This document shows positions 48,594 through 58,405 of a stretch of DNA of 64,000 bases, piece by piece (positions within the stretch are counted from its first letter, which is position 1; each line of letters begins with the position of its first letter). The stretch comes from Bacteroidota bacterium (GTDB lineage Bacteria; Bacteroidota; Bacteroidia; Chitinophagales; Chitinophagaceae). Both the position numbers and the translations under genes were made by a program. The notes beneath the pieces are model-generated. The model worked only from the letters and a program-made list of their open reading frames with translations. It had not been told where the DNA came from and made no database searches. Location of the stretch: NCBI GenBank assembly GCA_031411115.1, contig JANOAO010000072.1, positions 34,112 to 98,111 on the forward strand. Direction: 5' to 3'.

Positions 48594-49895
48594 TCAAAAA
48601 GTGAATTGCATGCGTAGCGTAATTACATCATCTTTCACATCAGAAATAAATTCAGGTAATGAAGTTTTTTCATTCATCACTTTATCATACCACACGGTTG
48701 ATTTAAAATGTTCATTGAAATAATGACAAAATCCTGCTCCTATTGTTGAATATTTTATATCTGCACCTGTAAATCCTGCAGGAATATTGAGTTGTAGCTT
48801 TTGCACATCAGCATTTGGATCATACCAGTCATATTTTAATATCAACTGATTTTTTACATTAAAAAGATGTTGCAAATAGCATACGTAGATTCCGTTAAAA
48901 TTTCTGATATAATAGCCTTCATTTCCTGTAAGTTTAGCAGGTGGTGTTTCGGAATTAACTGAAGTACTTGTTTGTTTTCCGAATATATATTCTATACGAA
49001 ACTCAGCATAACCTGCTTTGATCTTTCGTTTCAACTGAAGGTCTGCACCATAATATTTTCGAGGCGCATATTTTCCTTTATTGGCGCCTGCAGAATCTAC
49101 AATTATTTTTTTAGCGGATTCGTCTGTTTTAAAAACATACTGCGTATTCTGAATTAAACTTCCCTGAAAAGAGGAAAATGCACCAGCGATTGTAATTCTT
49201 TTAGAAATAGCAGTTGGTTTTAAAGACAGTTTCGTGATTATATCTTTCCTGCTGTCTATATCTGTTACTGCAGTAAGACCCGGACCATTAAAAACACCTA
49301 CATCTAATTTTATATTTTTAAATTGGCTATTTCTTCTGCGGTTATCAAGGCTTATCATAGCACCAAGATCTCTTTCTGTTTTCATTAATATCTGGCTCAT
49401 TCTCCCGCGTTCAGGAGATTCACGTTCAGAAGACGATAAGGTTAATTCATATCCGAATGGTCGCGGAAACATTCCAAAAGTAAAATTGAAAAGATCAAAC
49501 CTGTTATCAAATAATTTTCCCCAGAAATCTCTGATAAATACACCTCGTTCAGAGCCATCAAATTGAAAAACAAACTCTAATTCTTTTTTATTTTTTTTGG
49601 AATAATGTGAGTAATCAAATCTTATTCTTCCTCTGCGCAGCATAAAACGATTATTCACATCATTTGGAAAATTTCCGCCGGCAAATGAGTTGATCCCATC
49701 ATTTTGTGCTGCCTGAAATTGCGGTTGAATGTATCCGCCTATTTTTAATTGATCGGAAGAAAGAAAAGGTTCCTGCGCTACAGTTATTTTTCCTGCAGAG
49801 TCTGCATCCATAACAATCTGTGCATTCACATTTACGGAATAGCATAAGATTAGTACAAGCAAAAATGCGTTATGTAGTGTTTTAAGATTACGCAT
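48594..49895 (-). CDS. Outer-membrane porin (possibly phosphate-selective O/P-like)
   Basis: Signal peptide ending NVNAQ, beta-barrel pattern, C-terminal aromatic (..RMQFTF). The anion/phosphate link is inferred only from the divergent DUF47-PiT neighbours. Confidence 0.5.
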   Translation of the reverse strand: MRNLKTLHNAFLLVLILCYSVNVNAQIVMDADSAGKITVAQEPFLSSDQLKIGGYIQPQFQAAQNDGINSFAGGNFPNDVNNRFMLRRGRIRFDYSHYSKKNKKELEFVFQFDGSERGVFIRDFWGKLFDNRFDLFNFTFGMFPRPFGYELTLSSSERESPERGRMSQILMKTERDLGAMISLDNRRRNSQFKNIKLDVGVFNGPGLTAVTDIDSRKDIITKLSLKPTAISKRITIAGAFSSFQGSLIQNTQYVFKTDESAKKIIVDSAGANKGKYAPRKYYGADLQLKRKIKAGYAEFRIEYIFGKQTSTSVNSETPPAKLTGNEGYYIRNFNGIYVCYLQHLFNVKNQLILKYDWYDPNADVQKLQLNIPAGFTGADIKYSTIGAGFCHYFNEHFKSTVWYDKVMNEKTSLPEFISDVKDDVITLRMQFTF

Positions 49896-49949
49896 ATGTT
49901 AAGAAATTATTACCAATTACCCAGTTGAAAGTATACTAAGGTATAAGTT

Positions 49950-49957
49950 TAAATTTG
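49950..49957 (+). promoter_or_regulatory. Candidate Bacteroidota -7 promoter box TAAATTTG for DUF47-PiT
   Basis: Perfect TAnnTTTG 17 nt before the ATG, with a TTG at 49925-49927. The related TTTGCAG(C) motif also precedes eno (27893-27900), holB (24223-24230) and mreB (minus strand, 63085-63091). Confidence 0.35.
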
Positions 49958-49973
49958 CAGCTAAATCATTATC

Positions 49974-50621
49974 ATGGGTTTTAATTCAATTCTAAAAATT
50001 TTTCTTCCTAAAGACCGTGTGTTTTACCAATTGTTTGAAAGTGTAGCAGGGGAACTCGTAAAAATGGGCGAAAAAATTAAAGAAATTGTGAATGAACCCA
50101 GCTTCGAAGTGAGAGCCAAACTCATTAAGGAAATGGAAGATATGGAGCATGTAAATGATGAGCTCACTCACAGAATTTTTACCGAGCTGGGTAAAAACTT
50201 TATTACACCTTTTGATCGTGAAGATATTCACTCGCTTGCTTCTGCACTAGATGATATTGCAGATTATATTTATGCTTCTGCCAAGAAGATTAATTTTTAT
50301 CATGTTAACCCGAACGATATAGGTTTTATAAAAATGGCTGACCTTATAGCCATTGGATGTGTTCAGGTACATAAAGCTGTGTCTGAATTACGCAATATGA
50401 AAAATATGCGCCAGATCACAGATGCATTGGTTGCCATTAACAGCATCGAAAATCAGGCAGATGATATTTTTGATATGAGTATCGAAAGATTGTTTGCTAC
50501 AGAACCAGATGCAAAAGAAGTGATCAAGAAAAGAGAAATTTACCAGGTAATGGAAATCGTTACTGATAAATGTGAAGATGCCGCCAATGTAATTGAGAGT
50601 ATCATTATTAAATACGCATAA
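49974..50621 (+). CDS. DUF47/PhoU-like phosphate transport accessory protein
   Basis: FLPKD...F..LF N-terminus, helical repeats with EH..DE and ENQADD. Its position next to PiT is the conserved arrangement. Confidence 0.8.
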   Translation: MGFNSILKIFLPKDRVFYQLFESVAGELVKMGEKIKEIVNEPSFEVRAKLIKEMEDMEHVNDELTHRIFTELGKNFITPFDREDIHSLASALDDIADYIYASAKKINFYHVNPNDIGFIKMADLIAIGCVQVHKAVSELRNMKNMRQITDALVAINSIENQADDIFDMSIERLFATEPDAKEVIKKREIYQVMEIVTDKCEDAANVIESIIIKYA

Positions 50622-50652
50622 CGAATCAAAATCCTGATCGGAATATTTCATT

Positions 50653-52305
50653 ATGTCTACTTTACTTATCGTAATTATTTTTCTGGCACTTGTTTTTGAT
50701 TACATCAATGGTTTTCATGATGCAGCTAATTCAATCGCCACCGTTGTATCTACAAAAGTACTTACACCTTTTCAGGCTGTAGTATGGGCTGCTTTTTTCA
50801 ATTTCGTTGCCTTCTTTATTTTTACTGACCATGCAGTTGCGAACACCATTGCTAAAACAGTAAAAAGTGAATTTATTACTTTACCCGTGATTTTAGCGGG
50901 CTTGATTGCAGCCATCATCTGGAATTTATTAACGTGGTGGTATGGTATACCTTCATCGTCCTCTCATACTTTGATTGGAGGTTTCGCAGGTGCGGCACTT
51001 GCGCATGCATTCGATAAAAAAGGATTTATTGGAATCTCTCAGGTTATAGAAGACAAAAAAATTATTCAGATAATTATATTTATTTTTCTTGCACCACTCA
51101 TTGGAATGGCTGTTTCCATTTTTATTACCATAGTTACCATAAACCGGCGATTCTGGCTTAAGACAGCCATTATTATTTTAGCCACCGCAGGAACATGGTG
51201 GATGTTCAATAATTTTCAAACAACAAAGATTAATGAGAACATCGCTAAGTTTTATAAACTGGATGCTTACAAAAAAGCGGCTGAAAAAGATCCTTCTTTA
51301 AATTCAAAATATTTACTTGCAAAAGAAAATGTTGCGCAATCAATAATTATTGCTGAGCCCTATAATTCTATTGGTGCTGATTCTGTGGCTAAACTGATTG
51401 ATAAAAAAGGTTTGCTGGCGGATATCCGAATGTCAAAGTTGAAAGATGAGATGGGTAAGGCCATTAAACTTGACAGCCTGAAGGCTATGGCCGTAAAAGA
51501 AGCGTATGTAAAAACCTTAGCAGACAGTTTAACCAGATCAGTGGAGCATGTGGCGCCTATTCTTGCCATGCATGGAACAGTAAGTAATGTTATCATTGCC
51601 GACAGCATTAGCAATCTTTTACACCTCGATCCATTTCAGCATGTAGCACTGCAAACCAATCTCGATAAATTCAACATTGAAAAAGATTTAAAAAAACAAA
51701 TTTTAAAAGCAGATAATTCTATATTAAGATATGGCCTTGCCGCCATCTCCCTGTTATTTATTCTGGTTTATTTTTATGTAGATAAAATAAGAAAACCGAG
51801 TGCGGTGCGAACAGCCAAAATGTTTAAAAAAATGCAGTTGCTTTCCTCCGCAGTGTTCAGTATCGGACATGGTGGCAATGATGCCCAAAAAGTAATGGGA
51901 ATTATTATGGCTGCATTGGTGGCAGAAGGCGCACTTTCGGATATCAGCCACATGCCTAACTGGATTCCGCTGGCCTGTTACAGTGCCATCGCCCTCGGTA
52001 CTATGAGCGGAGGATGGAAAATTATTAAGACGATGGGAACTAAAATAACCAAAGTAACTCCTTTGGAAGGTGTGGCTGCGGAAACTTCTGGTGCACTTAC
52101 TTTGTTTATGACGGAACAAATGGGAATACCTGTTTCCACAACACATACAATTACCGGAGCAATTATTGGCGTAGGTGCTACCAAACGTTTAAGTGCCGTA
52201 CGCTGGGGAATAACTATAAACCTCATTTGGGCCTGGGTATTTACCATTCCCGTAAGTGCTATCATTGCTACTATTATTTACTTTTTCAGTAAACTTTTTA
52301 TTTAA
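50653..52305 (+). CDS. Inorganic phosphate transporter, PiT family, with a large central hydrophilic insert
   Basis: Both PHO4 repeats are present: GFHDAANSIAT and GGNDAQK. A roughly 190-aa non-hydrophobic region separates them. Confidence 0.88.
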   Translation: MSTLLIVIIFLALVFDYINGFHDAANSIATVVSTKVLTPFQAVVWAAFFNFVAFFIFTDHAVANTIAKTVKSEFITLPVILAGLIAAIIWNLLTWWYGIPSSSSHTLIGGFAGAALAHAFDKKGFIGISQVIEDKKIIQIIIFIFLAPLIGMAVSIFITIVTINRRFWLKTAIIILATAGTWWMFNNFQTTKINENIAKFYKLDAYKKAAEKDPSLNSKYLLAKENVAQSIIIAEPYNSIGADSVAKLIDKKGLLADIRMSKLKDEMGKAIKLDSLKAMAVKEAYVKTLADSLTRSVEHVAPILAMHGTVSNVIIADSISNLLHLDPFQHVALQTNLDKFNIEKDLKKQILKADNSILRYGLAAISLLFILVYFYVDKIRKPSAVRTAKMFKKMQLLSSAVFSIGHGGNDAQKVMGIIMAALVAEGALSDISHMPNWIPLACYSAIALGTMSGGWKIIKTMGTKITKVTPLEGVAAETSGALTLFMTEQMGIPVSTTHTITGAIIGVGATKRLSAVRWGITINLIWAWVFTIPVSAIIATIIYFFSKLFI

Positions 52306-52347
52306 AATATTTCCATCTCTCTTTAAGTAATTTGTTTTCTTTGTGCT

Positions 52348-53400
52348 ATGAAGAAGATCCTTGTAACAGGCGGATGCGGCTATATCGGATCGCATACTAT
52401 TGTAGACCTCATAGAAAACGGATATGAAGTAATTTCTGTAGATAACAACAGCAGAAGCCATCCCCATATATTAGCAGGCGTAGAAAAGATCACAGGAAAA
52501 AAAGTAAAAAATTACCTCGTTGATCTCTGTATTTTCGATGATACACATGCGATCTTTCAGGAAAATCCGGATATACATGGCATCATTCACTTTGCTGCTT
52601 ATAAAGCAGTTGGCGAATCGGTTGAAAAACCACTTATGTATTTTGAAAACAATAACGGATCTCTGATAAATATTTTAAAATGTGTGGTGGAATTTGATAT
52701 TCCAAATTTTGTTTTTTCTTCTTCCTGCACTGTGTATGGTAATCCCGATTCAATTCCTGTTACAGAGGAAACTCCTTTCAAAAAAGCAGAATCACCTTAT
52801 GGATATACCAAACAAATGGGTGAAAACATCGTACAATTTTCTGCAGGCAGCAGCGAAATGCAAGCTGTTCTTTTAAGATATTTTAATCCGGTAGGCGCAC
52901 ATCCATCTATCGAAATAGGTGAAATCCCGATCGGTAAACCGGCAAATCTCATTCCTGCTATCACACAAACTGCCATTGGTAAATTGCCTGCCATGCAGGT
53001 TCATGGCAACGATTATCCTACAAAAGATGGCAGTTGCCTGAGAGATTATATTCATGTATCAGATATTGCTCATGCACATACCCTTGCACTAAATTATCTG
53101 GAACAGAAAAAAAATGAAACCAATTGCGATGTTTTTAATCTTGGTAGCGGAAATGGTTTTACTGTTCTGGAAGTAATCGATACTTTTGAAAAAACGTGCC
53201 AGCAGAAATTAAATTATACCATCGGTCCCCGTCGTGCAGGAGACGTTATCGCTATTTATGCGAATAATGATAAAGCAGTGAATAAATTAAAGTGGACGTT
53301 ACAATATTCTTTATCTGAAATGATGCAAACAGCATGGAGCTGGGAGTTAAAGTTGAAAAAAGATGAGAACATGTTTCAGACACTTGCAGATCTCAACTAA
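52348..53400 (+). CDS. galE: UDP-glucose 4-epimerase
   Basis: GGCGYIGSH, YxxxK (YGYTK), LRYFNPVGAH. Confidence 0.92.
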   Translation: MKKILVTGGCGYIGSHTIVDLIENGYEVISVDNNSRSHPHILAGVEKITGKKVKNYLVDLCIFDDTHAIFQENPDIHGIIHFAAYKAVGESVEKPLMYFENNNGSLINILKCVVEFDIPNFVFSSSCTVYGNPDSIPVTEETPFKKAESPYGYTKQMGENIVQFSAGSSEMQAVLLRYFNPVGAHPSIEIGEIPIGKPANLIPAITQTAIGKLPAMQVHGNDYPTKDGSCLRDYIHVSDIAHAHTLALNYLEQKKNETNCDVFNLGSGNGFTVLEVIDTFEKTCQQKLNYTIGPRRAGDVIAIYANNDKAVNKLKWTLQYSLSEMMQTAWSWELKLKKDENMFQTLADLN

Positions 53401-53409
53401 AAAATATTT

Positions 53410-54363
53410 ATGTTAGAAACAATTACAGTAACCGGAAATAAAGATACCAGAAGTGGTTTTGGAGATGGTATTCTGGAAGCGGCCAAAAAGAATGACCGCA
53501 TCATTGCATTAACGGCGGATCTTGCAGGTTCATTGAAACTGAATGGTTTCATGAAAGAATTTCCTGAACGTTTTATACAGGTGGGCATTGCCGAAGCCAA
53601 TATGATTGGAATTGCTGCAGGTTTAACAATTGGTGGAAAAATTCCTTATACTACAACGTTTGCTAATTTTTCTACAGGACGTGTATACGATCAGATCCGG
53701 CAGAGCGTTGCTTACAGCGGAAAAAATGTAAAGATCTGTGCATCGCACGCAGGACTAACATTGGGTGAAGATGGCGCCACACACCAGATTCTGGAAGATA
53801 TTGGACTCATGAAAATGTTACCGGGAATGACGGTTATTGTTCCTTGCGATTATAACCAAACGAAAGCCGCTACAAAAGCCATTGCGGATTTTGAAGGTCC
53901 GGTTTATCTGCGATTCGGAAGACCTGTGTGGCCAATATTTACGAAAGAAGAAGATTTTGTAATTGGTAAAGCACAGCAATTATCAGAAGGTGCTGATGTT
54001 TCTATTTTTGCCTGCGGACACCTGGTTTGGACAGCCATTGAAGCTGCAAAAGCATTGGCTGAAAAAGGTATCAATGTAGATCTGTACAATATTCATACGA
54101 TAAAGCCTTTGGATGAAGAAGCTGTTTTGAAATCTATCCGTAAAACCAAATGTGTAGTTACAGCAGAAGAACATAATATTATCGGTGGATTAGGAGATTC
54201 TATTGCACAGGTAGCTGCTAAAAACTTTCCTGTTCCAATAGAATACGTAGGAACTAATGACACTTTTGGAGAAAGTGGTAAACCTTCAGAATTATTAGTA
54301 AAATATGGCCTGGATGTACCGCATATAATAGCAGCTGCAGAAAAAGCAATCAGCAGAAAATAA
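53410..54363 (+). CDS. Transketolase, C-terminal (pyrimidine-binding + C-terminal domain) subunit
   Basis: FIQVGIAEANMIGIAAGL and GEDGATHQ. 317 aa, the typical length of a split-transketolase B subunit. Confidence 0.88.
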   Translation: MLETITVTGNKDTRSGFGDGILEAAKKNDRIIALTADLAGSLKLNGFMKEFPERFIQVGIAEANMIGIAAGLTIGGKIPYTTTFANFSTGRVYDQIRQSVAYSGKNVKICASHAGLTLGEDGATHQILEDIGLMKMLPGMTVIVPCDYNQTKAATKAIADFEGPVYLRFGRPVWPIFTKEEDFVIGKAQQLSEGADVSIFACGHLVWTAIEAAKALAEKGINVDLYNIHTIKPLDEEAVLKSIRKTKCVVTAEEHNIIGGLGDSIAQVAAKNFPVPIEYVGTNDTFGESGKPSELLVKYGLDVPHIIAAAEKAISRK

Positions 54364-54432
54364 TTAAAGGAAACATAAACTTATTTATACAAAAGCCAGT
54401 CTATCGATTGGTTTTTTTATTTTTACCAACAT

Positions 54433-54984
54433 ATGGAGGAAATTTCAGATGATAAGGAATTGGTTAGTCTCTTTAGAAATGAGGCTACCAAAGAATCAGC
54501 TTATACACGGATCATAAAAAAATATCAGGAAAAATTATACTGGCACATCCGCCGTATGGTAATTGAGCACGAAGATGCCAATGATGTGCTGCAGAACATG
54601 TTCATTAAAGTATGGCGCAATTTGGATAATTTTAGAGAAGACAGCCAGTTATATACATGGTTATACCGTATCGCCACCAACGAATCGCTCACTTTTTTAC
54701 AGCAGCAGAAAAAAAGGGCTACCACTTCCATGAGCAGGGATGGATATGATTTAAGTGATAAATTAAAGGCTGACAAAGATTTTGATTCAAAAAAAATTGA
54801 ATGGAAATTACAAATGGCTATTCAGGAATTGCCTGAAAAACAAAAAGTAGTTTTTAATTTGAGATATTACGATGAAATGCCTTACGAGGAAATGAGCCGC
54901 GTACTGGAAACCAGTGAAGGTGCTTTGAAAGCGAGTTATCACCACGCCGCAAAAAAAGTGGAGGATTATATTCTTAATCGTTAA
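54433..54984 (+). CDS. ECF-type RNA polymerase sigma factor
   Basis: Region 2 (DANDVLQNMFIKVW...WLYRIATN) and region 4 (LPEKQKVVFNLRYYDEMPYEEMS). Confidence 0.88.
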   Translation: MEEISDDKELVSLFRNEATKESAYTRIIKKYQEKLYWHIRRMVIEHEDANDVLQNMFIKVWRNLDNFREDSQLYTWLYRIATNESLTFLQQQKKRATTSMSRDGYDLSDKLKADKDFDSKKIEWKLQMAIQELPEKQKVVFNLRYYDEMPYEEMSRVLETSEGALKASYHHAAKKVEDYILNR

Positions 54985-55017
54985 ACGATTCCGTACTGAA
55001 ATAGTCAATGAAAGGCG

Positions 55018-55716
55018 ATGGAAAGAAACAAGGACATACAAAAGGAATTAACGGAGATCAGCCCCCTGCTTGCAGGTTTGAACCCTGTTAATGTTTTTAC
55101 TGTTCCGGAGGGATATTTTAATGGGTTTTCTAACGAATGTCTTTTACTTCTTCAGGTTTTACCTGCTTTGCCACAAACTTCTCATCCCCAACGTGTACCT
55201 GAAGGATATTTTGATAATCTTGCTGAAAACATACTTTCAAAAATAAAATTAACAGACACTGATTTACCTGTGTTTGGTAAGGTGGAACATCCATTTAAAG
55301 TACCATCGGCATATTTTGAAACTTTAGCTTCTGTTATTGTACAACAAATTCAACCGGCCAAGTTGGTACGCATGAAAAGCAGTTTTTTCAGGTATGCAGC
55401 CGCAGCGGTAATTACGGGCTTTTTAGGATTAAGTTTATTCAATCAGTTAGATAAAAAAGAAAGTATTGAACCGGCAGTTGTATCTTATGCAACCAATGAA
55501 ATGCCCGTTAAAGAAGATGCCATCGATAAAGCCCTGGAATCCATAAATGATGAAGAGATTGTAGATTATCTTTCTACCCGGGGACAAGATGTTAATGCCT
55601 CTCTGGTTGCTTCTGTGATGGATGAAAATAATTTACCGGCCAGTGAGGATTATCTGCTCGATGAAAATACTCTGAAAGAATTTTTGATAGAAAATAACAT
55701 TCGACATTTTAATTAA
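55018..55716 (+). CDS. Putative anti-sigma factor (single-pass membrane protein)
   Basis: Lies directly after the ECF sigma gene. One central TM (YAAAAVITGFLGLSLF). No zinc-binding motif seen. Confidence 0.45.
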   Translation: MERNKDIQKELTEISPLLAGLNPVNVFTVPEGYFNGFSNECLLLLQVLPALPQTSHPQRVPEGYFDNLAENILSKIKLTDTDLPVFGKVEHPFKVPSAYFETLASVIVQQIQPAKLVRMKSSFFRYAAAAVITGFLGLSLFNQLDKKESIEPAVVSYATNEMPVKEDAIDKALESINDEEIVDYLSTRGQDVNASLVASVMDENNLPASEDYLLDENTLKEFLIENNIRHFN

Positions 55717-55721
55717 ACACC

Positions 55722-56120
55722 ATGAGATACCTGTATATTTTATCCGTATTCATATTATCATCGCTTCGGTTAGTAGCGCAGGATGATATGCCAGAAGGAA
55801 GACAAGAAAAGATTAAAGCATTATATGTAGCCTATATTACTCAGGAATTAAAACTGACAGAAGATGAAGCCCAAAAATTCTGGCCGGTACATACTCAATA
55901 TGAAAATGAAATAAAGGCTGTAAAAACAGAAGCTTCCGAACTCGACCGTCAACAATCCATTTTGAATATCAAAAAGAAATATCAGGATAAATTTGTAAAA
56001 ATATTAGGCGTAACCAGAACCGACAACTTTTACAGAACAGACGCAGAATTTCGAAAAAAACTGGTTGAACGACTTAAAAAAATGCGGGAAAACGGTAATC
56101 AACGATTAAGAAGAAATTAA
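55722..56120 (+). CDS. Secreted helical protein, Spy/CpxP-like (putative)
   Basis: Signal peptide. Charged helical repeats (LTEDEAQKFWPVHTQYENE). Third gene of the sigma module. Confidence 0.4.
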   Translation: MRYLYILSVFILSSLRLVAQDDMPEGRQEKIKALYVAYITQELKLTEDEAQKFWPVHTQYENEIKAVKTEASELDRQQSILNIKKKYQDKFVKILGVTRTDNFYRTDAEFRKKLVERLKKMRENGNQRLRRN

Positions 56121-56130
56121 TTTAATATGA

Positions 56131-56159
56131 AAAACCCTGTCATTTTGATAGGGTTTTTT
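56131..56159 (+). terminator. Intrinsic terminator of the ECF module
   Basis: Stem ccctgtc/gataggg (one G-U pair), loop atttt, then T6. Confidence 0.75.
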
Positions 56160-56307
56160 CATAGTACCCTATTTTATCAAACAGATAATAAAAAATTTTA
56201 AAATAAAACATTTCCGTGTGTAAGATTTCAGCTACTTTTGAAGTAGGTGTTTTTCATAGGTTAGCAACGGCCAGCTCTTTCTAGGGCAGGCCTCTTTTTT
56301 TTTACAC

Positions 56308-57045
56308 TTAGAATTTGTGGAAGGGAGTTTTTATATCATGGAAGAATAAAAATGTCCATCCTTCTTTTCCTCCTTTTTCAAGCCATTCCTGCCTTAAATC
56401 CATACTTCTTCTGCCATCAAAATCATATTTAGCCATTATTTTTCTTTTCATTTGTCCCAACTGCGGAGCTACATCTCCTCCATAAAAAACGATCTGTTCA
56501 TTTGCCTTAATTTTATAGGCAGTGTGATAAGGGCAATGGCCTCCGCACATATCATAATAAATTTCAGCGTTTATGTTTCCTGATTCACCTGAAAAAAATT
56601 GCAACTGCGGATTATTTATAAGTATTTCAAAATCTTTAATATCATAAGATGGCATCCCTTTCTCTAATGCAAAAGCCATTTCTTTTTCATGCACATAGTA
56701 TGTAGCATTTAAAAATGAAAGTTCTTCTTTATCCTTATTCTTCCATGAAATTCCCCCGGCATGGTCTTTATGCAAATGGGATAATAATACTTTTGTTACT
56801 GAATCGGGATCAATATTGTTGCGTCGTAAATTCGAATGCAACTGCAGGGTTCCGTTATAAGTAAAACCCAATCCGGTATCAATGAGAATGGTATCTGAAG
56901 CGGTTTGAATAACGAAAGGCTGTATCTCCACCAGAAGGCTACCTCTGGGCCGTTCATTCAGAATATCTTTATATGTATCAAACGGAACAAACAACTTTGT
57001 TTGGTCGATGGTAAATGAACCTTCACTCAGCGGAATTATTTTCAT
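56308..57045 (-). CDS. MBL-fold metallo-hydrolase
   Basis: HxHxDH motif (LSHLHKDHAGG). 245 aa. Confidence 0.8.
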   Translation of the reverse strand: MKIIPLSEGSFTIDQTKLFVPFDTYKDILNERPRGSLLVEIQPFVIQTASDTILIDTGLGFTYNGTLQLHSNLRRNNIDPDSVTKVLLSHLHKDHAGGISWKNKDKEELSFLNATYYVHEKEMAFALEKGMPSYDIKDFEILINNPQLQFFSGESGNINAEIYYDMCGGHCPYHTAYKIKANEQIVFYGGDVAPQLGQMKRKIMAKYDFDGRRSMDLRQEWLEKGGKEGWTFLFFHDIKTPFHKF

Positions 57046-57054
57046 TACGCAAAG

Positions 57055-58404
57055 TTAACGAAGCACCATCTGCCTGTCAGAATCCAGTTTAATCATAATA
57101 AAGATCAGGATGGTAAAAGTGAGCAAAGAGGAACCACCATAGCTCATTAAAGGCAGCGTAATACCAATTACGGGAGCAAGACCGATAGTCATTCCCACGT
57201 TCACCAGAATATGAAAGAACAGCACGCCTGCTACAGAATACGAATATACTCTGCTGAATGTACTTCGCTGTCTTTCTGCAATGTAAACGATACGCAGCAA
57301 CATCCCAAGGTACAAGGTGAGTAATAAGAGACAACCCATAAAACCAAAACTTTCCCCTAAGGACGTGAATATAAAATCCGTATGTTGTTCAGGTACAAAA
57401 TCTCCCTGTGTTTGTGTTCCCTTTAAAAATCCTTTTCCTAATATGCCACCGGAACCAATTGCAATTTTTGATTGGCGAACATTATAATTTTCTGTATCCG
57501 CTTTTTTTATCGGTTTAGCAATTTCTGCAGGATCCAACTCCACCGTTGCCACATCAACGAAAGGATTATCTCTGCCCACCATGCTGAAGATCCTGTCTGC
57601 CTGGTACTTCTGAAAAACATGTTTGAACAAGAAAGGAACAGCAACACCGGCAAAGAGAGCAGCCAGTGCCCATATACCTATAATAAGAAACAAGATGTTT
57701 TTATTTCGCCTTATTTTTCTTTGAAATCCTATAAAAACCAAAATGGCAATTACTGTTAATGCTATCAGCAATGTGGTAGTGGGCAATAATAATGTTATTA
57801 CCAGTAAAAGGCCCAGCGATGCCCCGGATATTAAATATCCCGGTGGCAGTCCTTCTCTGTACATCGGTAAAAGAAAAGAAAAGTAAACCAGTGCCAGTCC
57901 CGTTTCATTTTGCAGAATAGAAAAAATGACTGGCAAAAAAGCGATGGCCGCAACAATGAGTTGAACTTTATGTTTTCGAAGATCAGTATCAGGATATGAC
58001 AGGTACTTCGCTAATGCAAGGGCCGTAAAAATTTTACATGTTTCCACGGGTTGCAGATTCATAAAACCCAGCGGGATCCAGCTCTTGCTTCCATTCACGG
58101 TTTTACCTATGGCAAAGGTGGCAATCATAAGTAAAATACCGATCGCATACAACAGGTTAGGCGTTGCAGTAAAAACTTTACTATCAGTAAGTAAAATAAA
58201 AATGGCAATAACCAGGCAGATACCAAGATATAAAACCTGTTTGCTGTAATTTTTTTTAAATTCAAAGAGGCTTTGAAAAAAACGGTCATTCGGTTTAAAT
58301 TCCACGGAAAAAATAGATACAAGCCCGATCATTACAACAATCGCATATAACCAGATCATCACCCAGTCCACACCTTTAGTTATAATAGGATTACGTTGTG
58401 GCAT
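57055..58404 (-). CDS. rodA: Rod shape-determining protein RodA (SEDS family)
   Basis: Polytopic. C-terminal GLAPVIGITLPLMSYGGSS motif. Follows mrdA with a 1-nt gap. Confidence 0.88.
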   Translation of the reverse strand: MPQRNPIITKGVDWVMIWLYAIVVMIGLVSIFSVEFKPNDRFFQSLFEFKKNYSKQVLYLGICLVIAIFILLTDSKVFTATPNLLYAIGILLMIATFAIGKTVNGSKSWIPLGFMNLQPVETCKIFTALALAKYLSYPDTDLRKHKVQLIVAAIAFLPVIFSILQNETGLALVYFSFLLPMYREGLPPGYLISGASLGLLLVITLLLPTTTLLIALTVIAILVFIGFQRKIRRNKNILFLIIGIWALAALFAGVAVPFLFKHVFQKYQADRIFSMVGRDNPFVDVATVELDPAEIAKPIKKADTENYNVRQSKIAIGSGGILGKGFLKGTQTQGDFVPEQHTDFIFTSLGESFGFMGCLLLLTLYLGMLLRIVYIAERQRSTFSRVYSYSVAGVLFFHILVNVGMTIGLAPVIGITLPLMSYGGSSLLTFTILIFIMIKLDSDRQMVLR

Positions 58405-58405
58405 G

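Noticed and set aside
56215-56305. Possible small RNA: a TActTTTG-like box, a 6-bp AT-rich hairpin (ctactt/aagtag) and a T9 run before the MBL gene stop
   Set aside because: The segment preceding the T9 run forms only a 4-bp GGCC/GGCC pairing with a 16-nt loop. There is no convincing terminator or conserved structure.
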